Shown here: positions 1 through 11,334 of the stretch, in pieces | How the letters are laid out: every line of letters starts with the position of its first letter | How positions within the stretch are numbered: position 1 is the first letter of the stretch | Source: an uncultured Gammaproteobacteria bacterium | GTDB lineage: Bacteria > Pseudomonadota > Gammaproteobacteria > UBA9214 | DNA: 64,000 bases | Reading direction: 5' to 3' | Assembly: GCA_963773065.1 (NCBI GenBank) | Contig: CAVYZN010000016.1 | Location: forward strand, 32,001 to 96,000 | Position numbers and translations under genes: made by a program | The notes under the pieces: generated by a model | What the model saw: only the letters and a program-made list of their open reading frames with translations | The model's database searches: none | Told to the model about the DNA's origin: nothing

Positions 1-278
1 CGCTGCTGGCTTCCATACAGGAGGCCGTGCGCAGTGGTCCGCGCGGCATCTTGTATGAACTATCCCTGTACACGCATGAATGGGATTTCAGACCGGAGGA
101 GATTGTCATGACCGTCGACCTCTGGCATGGCGAGGCGGATCCCATCGTACCCGTGGTGCATGCGCGCGCACTGGTTGAAAGACTGCCTCGTGTCCGTCCC
201 AGAATCCTGGCCGAGGAAGGTCATTTCTCGCTGCCCATAAACCACATGGAAAGCATTCTCCTGTCGTTGACGGGTTGA
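1..278 (+). CDS. alpha/beta hydrolase, C-terminal part (5' end outside window)
   Basis: LWHGEADPIVP...EEGHFS matches the acid and His catalytic region of alpha/beta hydrolases. Confidence 0.75.
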   Translation, partial: LLASIQEAVRSGPRGILYELSLYTHEWDFRPEEIVMTVDLWHGEADPIVPVVHARALVERLPRVRPRILAEEGHFSLPINHMESILLSLTG

Positions 279-303
279 CACCGGACCTGCTATTTCATGA
301 TTT

Positions 304-367
304 AAACGCCAAAACGCCAAGATTTTATCTTCGATTCCAACTATTTACTCATGGCGTCTTGGCGGTT
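304..367. repeat. inverted pair of CGCCAAG-doublet repeats
   Basis: aaacgccaaaacgccaaga (304-322) against the reverse complement of tcatggcgtcttggcggtt (349-367), 16/19 identical; related copy at 10443-10458. Confidence 0.6.
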
Positions 368-668
368 CCATATGAATAAAACAGACCCTCCCTCATGCGC
401 TGCTGGTCGCTAAGTTTCCGTCGATTATTTTTTCACCTGATACCAGTCGATCTGCCTGCCGATTCGGCTCTCTTGTCTCAAGAAGCCGATCGGTGCCGGT
501 AACCCAGATACCGCGAAAAACTGCAGGAACCTGACCAGTCGCTACAGGCCAGGACATCACCAGCCGATAATGATTCTGTCCTATGTAATGTAATGACCGC
601 GAGATATACCTCGCTGTCCAGGGGTAGTGTCAGGCGGTATCTAATGACGCTGCCATGGAGGAAACGCA

Positions 669-986
669 ATGACCACCTACTATGCCGTTGATCACAAAGA
701 CATATGGTTAGTGGATGGATCCAGCACGGGGAATGTTATCCACCTCCAGCTTCCATGTACTGCACGTGTCACCGCTAGGGAATGCTGGTTGCTGCTGGGC
801 CAGAATGATATCCAAGGGGCGGCGGATAAATTGTCTGACATGCTGGAGCTGAACGACTGGGATCAACGCGCGGCGGATGACCCGCGGTTTATCTTCTTCC
901 TGAAGCTGTCTGCCGCACGGCAGGGGATGCTCTCGTCGGATACCGTCAGGGAACTGGTCGCGCACATGCTGGCCATCGGGGATTGA
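669..986 (+). CDS. hypothetical protein, 105 aa
   Basis: ORF with strong GGAGG RBS upstream, followed by a perfect palindrome. Confidence 0.6.
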   Translation: MTTYYAVDHKDIWLVDGSSTGNVIHLQLPCTARVTARECWLLLGQNDIQGAADKLSDMLELNDWDQRAADDPRFIFFLKLSAARQGMLSSDTVRELVAHMLAIGD

Positions 987-1027
987 CCCGCTAAGCAATC
1001 TCTGATGCGGCTATTCCGGTGCATCAA

Positions 1028-1067
1028 TCAAACGGAGACGGCGGCCATGGCCGCCGTCTCCGTTTGA
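1028..1067. terminator. perfect 40-bp palindrome, probable terminator hairpin
   Basis: tcaaacggagacggcggcca|tggccgccgtctccgtttga, 20-bp arms with no spacer, 42 bp after the stop of 669..986. Confidence 0.6.
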
Positions 1068-1370
1068 GGTCTGGGTTCGGCAATAGGGCAGGATCATTGC
1101 AATTCACGGCAGTCCGGACATCGCTCGCCGATCCCTTGCGTCCACTCTATACTGGTATTCAGCATGTTGCCTGAGGGGCTGCGGTTGGTTAATCGGTACT
1201 TTGGCCTTTTGCCAGGCATACCCTTCGCCATGTGTGAGGCTTGAGATACAGCCCTATCGGGACATGGAGACAGGCTAGCTGTCGCGGACTGTTCAAGCGC
1301 GGTTTCAACCTGTAACTGATTGCGGATTGGCTTGATTGCCGCGTACCGCAGCAGACAAGAGAATAATCAC

Positions 1371-2330
1371 ATGCATATACACGAGCTTGAGCACTGGCAG
1401 CATGCCCATGACTTTTCGGTGCTGCATGAGCATGGGGAAAGACGTACGCTGCAGGTACTCATACTCACAGCCACCATGATGGTTGTCGAGGTCGTTGCCG
1501 GCATCATCTATGGGTCAATGGCACTGCTGGCCGATGGCTGGCATATGGGCACCCATGCCGCTGCCTTCATGATCACCATCTTTGCTTACCGTTATGCCAA
1601 AAAAAACGCTGCCAGTCCGGCGTTCGCATTCGGTACCGGCAAGGTGAGTGTGCTGGGGGGGTTTGCCAGCGCCGTGACCCTGGCCGTCATTGCCCTGGTC
1701 ATGCTGACCGAATCGGTACAACGTCTGTTCAATCCGCATGTCATCCATTTCAATGAGGCGATCGGTGTCGCGTTGCTTGGATTGTCCATCAATATTATCA
1801 GCGCCTTTCTGTTACAGGACCATCACGGCCATGAGGCCCATGATGACCATGATCATGACAGTCATCATCACCATGACCACAATCTGAGGGCGGCCTACCT
1901 GCACGTACTGGCGGATGCGCTGACGTCCGTGCTCGCCATCATCGCCTTGGTATCGGGTAAGTATTTTGGCTGGAACTGGCTCGATCCGGTCATGGGTATA
2001 GTCGGCGCGGCCGTTATTACCCGCTGGTCATACGGGCTATTGAAGGAAACGGGTCCGGTATTGTTGGATGAAAGCATCGATGAACAATACAAGTCGCACA
2101 TCAAGCAAAGGATAGAGAATGATGCGGACAATGGCGTAACGGACCTGCATGTTTGGAGGGTCGGGCCGGCTCACTACGCGGTCATCCTGTCACTGGTTAC
2201 GCAATACCCGAGGCCGCCGGAGCATTACAAGGCGCTATTGGACGATCTGGACCGGCTTTCCCACGTCACTATTGAGGTAAATCATTGCGCGGGTGGGCCC
2301 TGTGTTGTGCCAGGAACAAAAATCGCCTGA
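1371..2330 (+). CDS. dmeF: CDF-family Co(II)/Ni(II) efflux transporter, DmeF type
   Basis: GSMALLADGWHMGTH, His-rich loop, NLRAAYLHVLADALTS; ATG at 1371. Confidence 0.9.
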   Translation: MHIHELEHWQHAHDFSVLHEHGERRTLQVLILTATMMVVEVVAGIIYGSMALLADGWHMGTHAAAFMITIFAYRYAKKNAASPAFAFGTGKVSVLGGFASAVTLAVIALVMLTESVQRLFNPHVIHFNEAIGVALLGLSINIISAFLLQDHHGHEAHDDHDHDSHHHHDHNLRAAYLHVLADALTSVLAIIALVSGKYFGWNWLDPVMGIVGAAVITRWSYGLLKETGPVLLDESIDEQYKSHIKQRIENDADNGVTDLHVWRVGPAHYAVILSLVTQYPRPPEHYKALLDDLDRLSHVTIEVNHCAGGPCVVPGTKIA

Positions 2331-2443
2331 CCAGATATTGCCGCCGCAGAAACGTTGTGGGCTTTGATAATGTTGGCTTATTTTCGTATCGTGCTTTATG
2401 GCCCGAGAACGAAAGACCACTTTCACTGATTTGAGTCAAACAT

Positions 2444-2514
2444 TATATTGATATAAATATCAATATAAATAAATATCAGTCAATAATTGATAAATATATC
2501 AATAATTGATATAT
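2444..2514. promoter_or_regulatory. AT-rich operator array upstream of the HipB-like gene
   Basis: palindromes tatattgatat-aa-atatcaatata (2444-2467), attgata-aata-tatcaat (2486-2503) and atatatcaat-a-attgatatat (2494-2514). Confidence 0.65.
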
Positions 2515-2548
2515 ATTACATATCACTTGATTAGTACATCAAAATTTT

Positions 2549-2791
2549 ATGAGTGCAACGACTGAACTGCTCACCCAAATTATTACCCTTGGCAGGCAAA
2601 AGGGACTCAAACAGCAGGATATCGCCCGGCGCGCCAGGCTTCACCCGGAGTCGCTCTCGCGCGCCAAGAAATCCGGTGATATGCATGTTTCCAGTCTCGA
2701 TGAACTGGCCCGCGTGGTCGGATTGAAACTGGCCCTGGTGTCCGATCAGCCCGTGATCGAGAAGATCGATAAAGGGACCCTGTTTGAATGA
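2549..2791 (+). CDS. Xre-family HTH antitoxin (HipB-like)
   Basis: 80 aa, GLKQQDIARRARLHPESLSR helix-turn-helix; stop overlaps the start of the HipA-like gene (ATGA). Confidence 0.8.
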   Translation: MSATTELLTQIITLGRQKGLKQQDIARRARLHPESLSRAKKSGDMHVSSLDELARVVGLKLALVSDQPVIEKIDKGTLFE

Positions 2792-4160
2792 GCCGCGATC
2801 GTGAGGCGGTCGTCTGGACCAGTCTGGCCACACCTCCGGTACGTATGGGGCGGCTGTATCTGACGGACACGGATTGCCGCTTTTCCTATGACCCTGCCTA
2901 TCTGCAAACCGGGTTGCCTGGTTTGGGCCTGGTTTATGCGCCGGATATCTACCGGGAAAACACCATCATTCGAAAGCGGACGGCGTTCTTCGACTTCCTG
3001 CCGCCAATCCAGTCGCTGATACCACCGCAGGGTGAAAAGAATTTCCAGCGGCGTCTCATTCTGAGTTATCTCGCTAATACCGGGATTGTCCCCGCCCGGG
3101 GGATCGATGAGGACTGGGAGATTCTCAAGGTGTCGGGGCATGGCGCCATCGGCCACCTGGACGTTTTTGAATCGGACGAAAAGGCGCTGGCGTGGTACGC
3201 CGCTTCTGCCGATTCCACCTTGTTCGAAATTACCGCCGACCTGGGTTTTTCGCTGAAGGCATTTCTTACCTGGTTTGATCAGGATGCGGATGCCTGGCTG
3301 CACGTCATCGGCCCGACACCGAGCATCGGCGGGGCCATACCTAAACTGCTGGTGTCGATCCCGGAATCCGGTTGGGACGGTCGCATCGGCTTGCCGACCC
3401 GCATCGGTGTGCGCGGGGTAACCGATGTCGTACTTAAGCTTGAACAATCCAGCGCCTACCCGGGGATCATCGAGCTGGAAGCGCTGGCCCTCGCTATCCA
3501 CCGGGAAGCCGGGTTTGATGTGCCCAGGCACTGGATCGCGGAGATCAACGGCATCCCGGCACTGGCGGTCGAGCGCTTCGACCGGGATGGCACGCACACC
3601 CCGGTATTCACCGAGTCCCTGTATTCGATGCTCGCCTCGGGTGACGCGTCCGTCACCAACAACTACAGCTACAGCTATGACAAAATTGGGAGGGCATTCG
3701 ACCGGTCGCCCATCACACTGGTCGCCGACCGTGTCGCCGCGAAGCGGCATCTCCTGCAACGACTCGTTCTGGCGCTCCTGACAGGCAACGGCGACCTGCA
3801 TCTGGAGAACCTGTCGATTATCGATCGCGGTGAAGGGCCGCGTTTCTCCCCGTCTACGATCCCACCCCGATGCGTGCCTACTCGATCCACAATATGCTGT
3901 CCGTGATGCCCTTTGGCGACTACGGCGAGTTCACCGGCACACGCGGTGAACCCGTTGGCTTTACCGAGGCCGTGCTTAATTTCACGCGCAATCTGGGCAT
4001 CGGCAGGGCCGTGCTGCGCGATATCATCACCGCCTCACTTGAGTGTACGCGTGATTATCACCAGCGCGTCGCGGCGCTAAGGTCGCTGCCAGATGCCAAC
4101 AAGCAGAACCTGATCGCAATCACCCGGAAAATGGCATCGATGCTGGAAACTGTTGTCTAG
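2788..4160 (+). CDS. hipA: HipA-family Ser/Thr kinase toxin, one frameshift near 3850-3870
   Basis: SIGGAIPKLL, LAVERFDR, GNGDLHLENLS motifs; C-terminus continues in ORF 3870..4160. Confidence 0.85.
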
Positions 4161-4202
4161 ATGCGCACAATCCGGCAACCACACCACATGAGGGACGTCA
4201 CC

Positions 4203-6056
4203 ATGCGAGATCGCCTGATGCGCTTCGGCGGTGTCGCCGCCATGTTCCCGCTATCCGCATCGGCCTCGGGTGCGGGCGCCATGCCTTCCCTGGTGCATGA
4301 TATCGGCTACTGCGTCGTGCTGGCGGGCGTGCTTGCCATCGTGTTCACCCGCCTGAGGATACCGGTCATTGCGGCATTTCTGTTTGCCGGGGTGGTGGTG
4401 GGTCCGGTCGGGGCGGGGCTGGTAACCGATCCCGCCAACATCGAGACGATCTCCGGGCTGGGGTTGATCCTGTTGCTATTCCTGATCGGTCTCGAGATCG
4501 ATTTCCGCAAGCTACTGGCCAGCGGGCGTGTCCTGATTCTGAGCGGGGCGTTGCAATACCCGCTGTCGGTCGCCTTTGGTTTCGTCATTGCGCACTTGCT
4601 CATCTGGCTCGGGGTCGGCACGCAACTGCTGGGCGCCGGTAGCTATGCGCCTCTCTATGTCGGCTTCGTGGTGGCGGCATCCTCCACGCTGCTGGTGGTG
4701 AAGCTATTTCAGGAGTCTTTCGAACTGGATACCGAGGTGGGACGTGTGTCACTCGGCATACTCATCTTCCAGGATATCTGGGCGATCGGCATAATCGCCG
4801 CCCAGCCGAGCTTCAACGACCCCAAGATCGTACCGATACTGTTTTCCTTTCTGGGCATCGGCGTGCTGGCTCTGATAGCGGTGCTGTTTGCCCGGTTCGT
4901 CATCCCAATCGGCTTCCGCTGGGTCGCCAAGATGCCGGAAGTCATACTCGTGGCGGCGGTGTCGTGGTGCTTCATGGTGGTGTTCCTCGGGATGAATCTT
5001 GACGAGATCACCCGGGCGGCCTTTGGCTTCGACCTGCACATGGCCGTCGGTCCCGGCATGGGTGCGCTGATTGCCGGGGCCAGTATCGCCAGCCTGCCCT
5101 ACAGCACGGAAATCGTCGGCAAGGTCGGGGTGGTGAAGGACTTCTTCGTGACGCTATTCTTCGTCGGTCTCGGCATGGGTATACCCATGCCCGACGGTCC
5201 CGATGTGCTGTTGGTTGCCGGGCTGCTGGCCGCGCTGGCGCTGCTGGCCCGTTACGTGATCTTCTTTCCCTTGCTCTACTTCACGGGGCTGGACCGCGGC
5301 AATGCCATGGTGGCCTCGATCCGTCTCGCACAGATCTCCGAATTCAGCTTGGTGATCGGTTTTATGGGCACGCAGCTGGGCCATATCACAAATGGTCTGA
5401 ACAGCGCCATCATCTTCGCCTTCGTGATCACCGCGCTGCTGACCCCCACGCTTTACCGTCAGGCCGACCTCATCCACGAGAAACTCGCGGCGCTGTTGGA
5501 ACGCATCGGCTTCCGGGCGCCGGCAAGCATGGCGGCCGGTGAGGAGGAATCCTACCGGCTCGCGTTGCTCGGTTTCCATCGGGTCGCTTCTTCCCTGCTG
5601 CACGAGCTTGGCAGGAGGCATCCCGGGCTGCTTGCAAAGACGCTGGTCGTTGATTTCAATGTCACCATCCACCCCAGGATCGCCTCGCTCGGTCTTGCCG
5701 TGAAGTACGGTGACCTGCGCAACTCGGAAACCCTGCGGCATGCGGGGGTGGACAAGGCCAGGGTTATCGTCTGCACCGTACCGGATGACGTCCTGAAAGG
5801 CACGACCAACCTCCAGATCGTCGCGCTGGCCCGCCGCGTCAATCCAGGCGCCGTTATCATTGCCAACGCCATCGAACTGAAAGACAGCGGGAGACTGTAT
5901 GAAGCGGGCGCGGACTACGTCATTCTTCCGCGCATTGAAACGGCCAAGGCCGTGGAGCAGGCAATCGAGAAGGCGCTTGCCGGGGAGATCAGGGCGTATC
6001 GCGCGCAGGTCGAGGCCGGAGAAGGCGAGTGGCATGCGCGTCAGGAGGTCTTGTGA
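4203..6056 (+). CDS. CPA2 cation:proton antiporter with C-terminal TrkA-N/KTN domain (Kef-like)
   Basis: LLFLIGLEID, GILIFQDI, LAQISEFS; C-terminal YGD..Rossmann-like domain. Confidence 0.85.
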   Translation: MRDRLMRFGGVAAMFPLSASASGAGAMPSLVHDIGYCVVLAGVLAIVFTRLRIPVIAAFLFAGVVVGPVGAGLVTDPANIETISGLGLILLLFLIGLEIDFRKLLASGRVLILSGALQYPLSVAFGFVIAHLLIWLGVGTQLLGAGSYAPLYVGFVVAASSTLLVVKLFQESFELDTEVGRVSLGILIFQDIWAIGIIAAQPSFNDPKIVPILFSFLGIGVLALIAVLFARFVIPIGFRWVAKMPEVILVAAVSWCFMVVFLGMNLDEITRAAFGFDLHMAVGPGMGALIAGASIASLPYSTEIVGKVGVVKDFFVTLFFVGLGMGIPMPDGPDVLLVAGLLAALALLARYVIFFPLLYFTGLDRGNAMVASIRLAQISEFSLVIGFMGTQLGHITNGLNSAIIFAFVITALLTPTLYRQADLIHEKLAALLERIGFRAPASMAAGEEESYRLALLGFHRVASSLLHELGRRHPGLLAKTLVVDFNVTIHPRIASLGLAVKYGDLRNSETLRHAGVDKARVIVCTVPDDVLKGTTNLQIVALARRVNPGAVIIANAIELKDSGRLYEAGADYVILPRIETAKAVEQAIEKALAGEIRAYRAQVEAGEGEWHARQEVL

Positions 6057-6165
6057 GTGGGGGATGAGTTGGCTGTGCCGGCTTCCACCGTGGCAGTGAC
6101 GGAAACACATGCCCGCTTCCGGCATCACCGGCCGATTCCCGAGCGGATACCCGAACGGTTCCGCC

Positions 6166-7224
6166 TCAGCGTTGCCCGGCCGCGAAGTCGATCATGCGTT
6201 GGGTGGCTCTCAGGGCCTTCTTCCTGATTTCCTCTGGGACGAATACTTCATTGCGGCTGCTCTGCAGGACCTCCGCGAGATTGCGCAGGGTATTCATCGC
6301 CATCCATGGACAGTGCGCGCAGCTCTCGCAGGTGGCGCCTACACCCGCGGAAGGGGCTTCCAGGAAGATCTTGTCGGGCGCGGCCTGTTTCATCTTGTAG
6401 AAGATGCCGTTGTCCGTGGCCACGATGAATTTTGTGTTGGGCAACCGTTGCGTCGCCCTGATGAGCTGGGTGGTCGAGCCGACGACATCCGCCAGCGCGA
6501 TGACCTCCTCCGGCGATTCCGGGTGTACGAGGATGGCGGCATCCGGGTGCTGCTTCGCCAGAACTTGCAGCGCCTCCGCCTTGAAGCGTTCATGGACGAT
6601 ACAGCTCGCCCGCCACAGCAACATGTCGGCCCCGGTGGTACGCCGCACATAGTCGCCCAGATAGCGGTCCGGGGCCCAGAGGATTTTATTGCCCTTGTCC
6701 TTGAGATAACTCACCACGGGAACGGCGATACTGGAAGTGACGACCCACTCGGCTCGCGCCTTGACCTCGGCGCAGGTATTGGCGTACACGACCACGGTAC
6801 GCTCCGGATGAGCGTCGCAGAAGGGGATGAATTCATGCGGCGGGCAACCCAGATCCAGCGAGCATTCGGCCTGCAGTGTGGGCATGAGGACGCGCTTCTC
6901 CGGGTTGAGGATCTTCGCGGTCTCGCCCATGAAGCGCACGCCGGCCACCACCAGAGTACTGGCCGGGTGCCGGTTTCCGAAGCGCGCCATCTCGAGTGAG
7001 TCGGATACCATACCGCCGGTCTCGTCTGCGACCTGCTGCAGGTCTTCATCCGTGTAGTAATGTGCGACCAGCACGGCGTCCTTTTCCCGAAGCAGGTGCT
7101 TGATCTCCTCGATGAGCGATTCGCGTTCACCGGGTGCATACAGCGGGCGTCCGATGCTCCCGGGCAGAGGGTACTCCCGCTCCAGCAGGATCGGGGGTAT
7201 CTGGGGAGTGGTCATATTGGTCAT
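6166..7224 (-). CDS. nadA: quinolinate synthase
   Basis: [42 protein letters not shown]. Confidence 0.95.
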   Translation of the reverse strand: MTNMTTPQIPPILLEREYPLPGSIGRPLYAPGERESLIEEIKHLLREKDAVLVAHYYTDEDLQQVADETGGMVSDSLEMARFGNRHPASTLVVAGVRFMGETAKILNPEKRVLMPTLQAECSLDLGCPPHEFIPFCDAHPERTVVVYANTCAEVKARAEWVVTSSIAVPVVSYLKDKGNKILWAPDRYLGDYVRRTTGADMLLWRASCIVHERFKAEALQVLAKQHPDAAILVHPESPEEVIALADVVGSTTQLIRATQRLPNTKFIVATDNGIFYKMKQAAPDKIFLEAPSAGVGATCESCAHCPWMAMNTLRNLAEVLQSSRNEVFVPEEIRKKALRATQRMIDFAAGQR

Positions 7225-7386
7225 ATCACCAAGCCTGTACAGTCGTCTTCAAATATAAAAAATACAACTTATTGTTTTATATAAAAATGGTTGGTTTAGT
7301 CAGGTTATTGCATCAGGGCTTTGGCAACGGGAGAGCGGCGGTGCCGGCAGAGTGCGCCCCGATCACCGCCGGCGGCCGGGGATGTT

Positions 7387-7785
7387 TCATGCGACAGTCT
7401 GGTGTTCCTCGGCGGAAAGTTCCTTTTCTACCAGCTTCAGATAGCTCGAAGCCTCCTGGTCGCCCTGGCTGGCGGCGCGTTTGAACCATCTGGCGGCCTC
7501 GAGGTGGTCGCGCGGCATGCCCTGGCCATAGTAGTACATCATGCCGAGGTTGGTCTGCGCGTCCATAAATCCCTGTTCGGCCGCCTTGTGGTACCAACTG
7601 GCGGCGGTGACCAGATCCTGGATTATGCCCGCGCCCTCATCGTACATGACCCCGAGGTTGTACTGGGCCTCGACGTCACCAAGTTCCGCGAGGGGCAGCC
7701 ATTCCTCGTAGGCGGCCTGGTAATCGCCTTTCAGGTAGGATTGATAGCCACCCCCGAGAATTGTCCAGGTGGGCATGCCGGCCAT
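7387..7785 (-). CDS. Sel1-repeat protein (start uncertain)
   Basis: AQYNLGVMYDEGAG and AQTNLGMMYYYGQG Sel1 repeats. Confidence 0.85.
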   Translation of the reverse strand: MAGMPTWTILGGGYQSYLKGDYQAAYEEWLPLAELGDVEAQYNLGVMYDEGAGIIQDLVTAASWYHKAAEQGFMDAQTNLGMMYYYGQGMPRDHLEAARWFKRAASQGDQEASSYLKLVEKELSAEEHQTVA

Positions 7786-7927
7786 CAGGTATTGCTCATG
7801 ACTAGGGGATCGATAAACATCGGCGCAATTCTAATGATTTTCTCTCCGACATGTATAGTTATTGTTTATCGGGGTTCTTAATATGTGTGAGATGCCAGGC
7901 ACTGGTTAAACTCTATGTCGTCACCCC

Positions 7928-8362
7928 ATGAATAGGAAGCTGGGCATGTATCGTGTATCAAAGTCTGTCTCATTCTGTTACGGTCATCGCCTCATCAATT
8001 ACCAGGGCAAGTGTCAGCATCTCCACGGTCATAACGCGCGCGCGGTGATCACGCTGGAGAGTACCCACCTGGATGAACGCGGCATGGTTGAAGATTTCAG
8101 CGATGTCAAACGGCTGGTCTGGGAATGGCTGGATCGCGAGATTGATCATACCTTGCTGTTGCACAAGGATGACCCGGTATTACCGGTGCTGCAGGGCGCC
8201 GGTGAACGGGTCAGGGCCGTTGATCACAATCCGACGGCGGAAAATATTGCTCGCATGATCTACGATTTCGTGGCGAACACGGGCTACCCCGTGGTCGACG
8301 TCACCGTGTGGGAGACGGAGACCAGCCGTGCCAGCTATTCACGCATGCAGGCAGATACCTGA
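7928..8362 (+). CDS. queD: 6-carboxytetrahydropterin synthase
   Basis: CYGHRL..KCQHLHGHN, DH, PTAENIA, VWET. Confidence 0.9.
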   Translation: MNRKLGMYRVSKSVSFCYGHRLINYQGKCQHLHGHNARAVITLESTHLDERGMVEDFSDVKRLVWEWLDREIDHTLLLHKDDPVLPVLQGAGERVRAVDHNPTAENIARMIYDFVANTGYPVVDVTVWETETSRASYSRMQADT

Positions 8363-8527
8363 GTGCGCACATGGGCGCAGTCGCGTGGCCGTATCCGTGT
8401 AAATCGGGGATATGGCAATGTCGGTAGCAACTCTCATGGGGCGCGTTCTCAAGGTTTTTCCTGTTCACTGTCGGCGCAGCGGCCATCGTTAACCTGACTT
8501 TCGCAACTCAAGCGCAGTGGTCGCCGC

Positions 8528-9745
8528 TCAATCCCGCCAGCGCCTGAAAATCAGCGTTGCGTTGGTGCCGCCAAAGCCGAAGCTGTTGGACATGATGGTA
8601 TTCAGCCCGGCGTTGGTCTGGCATTGGCGCACGATCGGGAAATCAGCGCCGGCCGGATCGAGTTCGGTAATGTTCGCCGACGCGCTGATGAAGTTCTCTT
8701 GCATCATCAACAGCGAGTATATGGCCTCATGCACGCCGGCGGCGCCAAGCGAGTGGCCCGAAAGGGACTTCGTCGAGGTGGTCCGGGGCGGCTTCGCGCC
8801 GAAGACCGTGCGGATGGCTTCCAGTTCACGCATGTCGCCGACCGGTGTACTGGTGCCATGGGCATTGATGTAATCAATCGGTTCATCAATCGTGGCCATG
8901 GCCTGCTGCATGCACCGCACGGCGCCTTCGCCTGAGGGTTGCACCATGTCATAACCATCGGAGGTCGCGCCATAGCCCACGAGTTCCGCGTAGATCCTGG
9001 CGCCGCGTTTACGGGCGTGTTCGAGTTCTTCCAGCACGACCATGCCGCCGCCGCCGGCGATGACGAAACCGTCACGGGTCGCATCGTAGGGACGCGAAGC
9101 GGTTGCCGGTGTCGCGTTGTATTTCGATGACAAGGCGCCCATGGCATCGAACATCAGCGTCAACGTCCAGTGCAGTTCCTCACCGCCGCCGGCAAAGACG
9201 ATATCCTGCTTGCCAAACTGAATCAGTTCATAGCCATTGCCTATGCAGTGGGCGCTGGTGGAGCAGGCGGAGCTGATGGAGTAATTCACCCCATGGATAC
9301 TGAAGGGGGTTGCCAAACAGGCGGAATTGGTGCTCGACATGGTCCGCGGCACCATGTAGGGTCCGACGCGCCGGATGCCCTTTTCCCTGAGTAGGTCGAT
9401 GGCCAGGGACACGTTCTCTGTGGATGCGCCGCCGGAACCGGCGATCAGGCCGGTACGGGGGTTCGATATCATGTCTTCACCGAGGCCGGAATCCTCCACC
9501 GCTTCCTTCATGGCGAGATAGTTATAGGCGGCGCTGTTTCCCATGAACCGCCGCAGCTTGCGGTCGATCAGGGCATCGACGTCAATGTTGATGGTGCCGG
9601 CAATCTGGCTGCGGAAACCAAGCTCCTCGTATTCCTTGATGAATTCGATCCCGGATCGCCCCGCGCGCAATGAGTCGGTGACTTCCCGCTTGTTATTGCC
9701 AATGCTGGAAACGATGCCCAGGCCCGTGATGACAACACGACGCAT
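8528..9745 (-). CDS. fabB: beta-ketoacyl-ACP synthase I
   Basis: [35 protein letters not shown]; adjacent to fabA. Confidence 0.95.
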   Translation of the reverse strand: MRRVVITGLGIVSSIGNNKREVTDSLRAGRSGIEFIKEYEELGFRSQIAGTINIDVDALIDRKLRRFMGNSAAYNYLAMKEAVEDSGLGEDMISNPRTGLIAGSGGASTENVSLAIDLLREKGIRRVGPYMVPRTMSSTNSACLATPFSIHGVNYSISSACSTSAHCIGNGYELIQFGKQDIVFAGGGEELHWTLTLMFDAMGALSSKYNATPATASRPYDATRDGFVIAGGGGMVVLEELEHARKRGARIYAELVGYGATSDGYDMVQPSGEGAVRCMQQAMATIDEPIDYINAHGTSTPVGDMRELEAIRTVFGAKPPRTTSTKSLSGHSLGAAGVHEAIYSLLMMQENFISASANITELDPAGADFPIVRQCQTNAGLNTIMSNSFGFGGTNATLIFRRWRD

Positions 9746-9755
9746 AACGAATTTC

Positions 9756-10298
9756 CTAGAAATTTTCCGTGGAGGTGAACAGACCGACACGCAGGCCGGT
9801 TGCATGATAAATCTCGCGACCGTCGACTTCGACGGTGCCATCGGCGATGCCCATGTTGAGCGTGCGCTGGATGACGCGCTTCATGTCGATGCGGTAGGTT
9901 ACCAGTGAATTCTTCGGCGTAACCTGCCCGGTGAATTTTACCTCACCGGCGCCCAGCGCACGCCCGCGTCCGGGGCTGCCGTTCCAGCCCAGGAAGAATC
10001 CGACCAGTTGCCACATGGCATCAAGACCAAGACAGCCCGGCATGACGGGATCTCCATCGAAATGACAGGCGAAAAACCACAGCTCCGGTTTGATGTCAAG
10101 TTCGGCGATGATATGGCCCTTGCCATAGGCGCCGCCCGAATCACTGATGTGGGTGATGCGCTCGAACATCAGCATGGGCGGCAGCGGCAGTTGTGCATTC
10201 CCAGGGCCAAACATCCTGCCATGTCCGCATTCAAGGAGTTCGGCAAAAGAAAAACTGTTTTTGCGTCCGGCACCTGGCTTTGGCGTTGTCTGGGTCAA
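9756..10298 (-). CDS. fabA: 3-hydroxyacyl-ACP dehydratase/isomerase
   Basis: [31 protein letters not shown]. Confidence 0.95.
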   Translation of the reverse strand: MTQTTPKPGAGRKNSFSFAELLECGHGRMFGPGNAQLPLPPMLMFERITHISDSGGAYGKGHIIAELDIKPELWFFACHFDGDPVMPGCLGLDAMWQLVGFFLGWNGSPGRGRALGAGEVKFTGQVTPKNSLVTYRIDMKRVIQRTLNMGIADGTVEVDGREIYHATGLRVGLFTSTENF

Positions 10299-10665
10299 TG
10301 TTGATATTCCCTGCTGCGCGCAGCGTATTTGATCGGGGCGGGTATTCTAGTCTATTTTCCGGCTGTACTGTACTGGCATTCTCCATATGCCACTCGACGG
10401 GCCGTGAGGCACGTTCCTGCAACTAGCCAGCCCGAATTTTTAGCGCCAAGACGCCAAGAATTTCAATTGATGTGTCATACCGGATCGATAAAAAAGACCG
10501 TCAGAATAAACGAGGTATCCTAATAGAAGACACCGCTTGAATGTGTCAGGCGAATAAAATCCCCACAAGCTGCAACATACTGTGTGCCTTCAACAGAAAC
10601 CGAATGTTGTTAATACTTTGTTTTCTACTGGTGCGCATGGCGTTTTGATTAATGATAAATCGAGA

Positions 10666-11148
10666 TTAGTCCCGGAAATTGATATATTGCAGCGGCAGGC
10701 CAAGATTAGCCTCCCGCAGCAGGCGTATGACATCTTGCAGGTCGTCACGTTTCTTGCCGTTGACCCTGACCTTGTCTCCCTGGACGCTGCTCTGTACTTT
10801 TATTTTCGATTCCTTGATTTGTTTGATGATCATTCTGGCTGAATCCTGGTCTATGCCCTGGCGTATGGTGATATCCAGCTTCGCCTTGTTACCACTCGTC
10901 TCGATATCGCCCTCTGACAAGGCGTCGATATCAATGCCGCGTTTTGCCATTTTCTTGTGCAGAATGTCGAGCATCTGCTTTATCTGGAATTCATTGCCGG
11001 CCTGCAGTGACAGAACAGCATCTGTTTTCTCTACCCTGGCACCGCTACCCTTGAAGTCGAAACGAGTGTCGATTTCACGATTGGTCTGATCAATCGCGTT
11101 GGCGACTTCATGCATGTCAACTTCCGAAACGATATCAAACGACGGCAT
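10666..11148 (-). CDS. yajQ: YajQ-family nucleotide/c-di-GMP-binding protein
   Basis: MPSFDIVSEVD, RFDFKG, RV.GKKRDDLQ, PLQYINFRD. Confidence 0.95.
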   Translation of the reverse strand: MPSFDIVSEVDMHEVANAIDQTNREIDTRFDFKGSGARVEKTDAVLSLQAGNEFQIKQMLDILHKKMAKRGIDIDALSEGDIETSGNKAKLDITIRQGIDQDSARMIIKQIKESKIKVQSSVQGDKVRVNGKKRDDLQDVIRLLREANLGLPLQYINFRD

Positions 11149-11334
11149 GCATCACTCCTGAAGACATGTGTATGATGGGGTTAGTCCGGCGATGGGCATT
11201 ATAGCCCCATAAACGATCGATGGTGGAGTACGCGCGTCGGGGAGGGGCGTTGTGATATTACCGCAGGTCCGGCATTGGCCGCAGCATGCGGTCTCAGGCG
11301 TGCCGGATGGGATGGATGTGTTGCAGGGTTGCGC

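Noticed and set aside
1080-1370. Metal-sensing (NiCo) riboswitch upstream of dmeF
   Set aside because: I could not recognise the conserved four-way-junction motifs
1820-1882. CAT/GAC-rich quasi-repeat
   Set aside because: It encodes the normal His-rich loop of CDF transporters
2448-2503. FNR boxes upstream of the toxin-antitoxin pair
   Set aside because: The TTGAT/ATCAA half-sites are 6 nt apart, not 4
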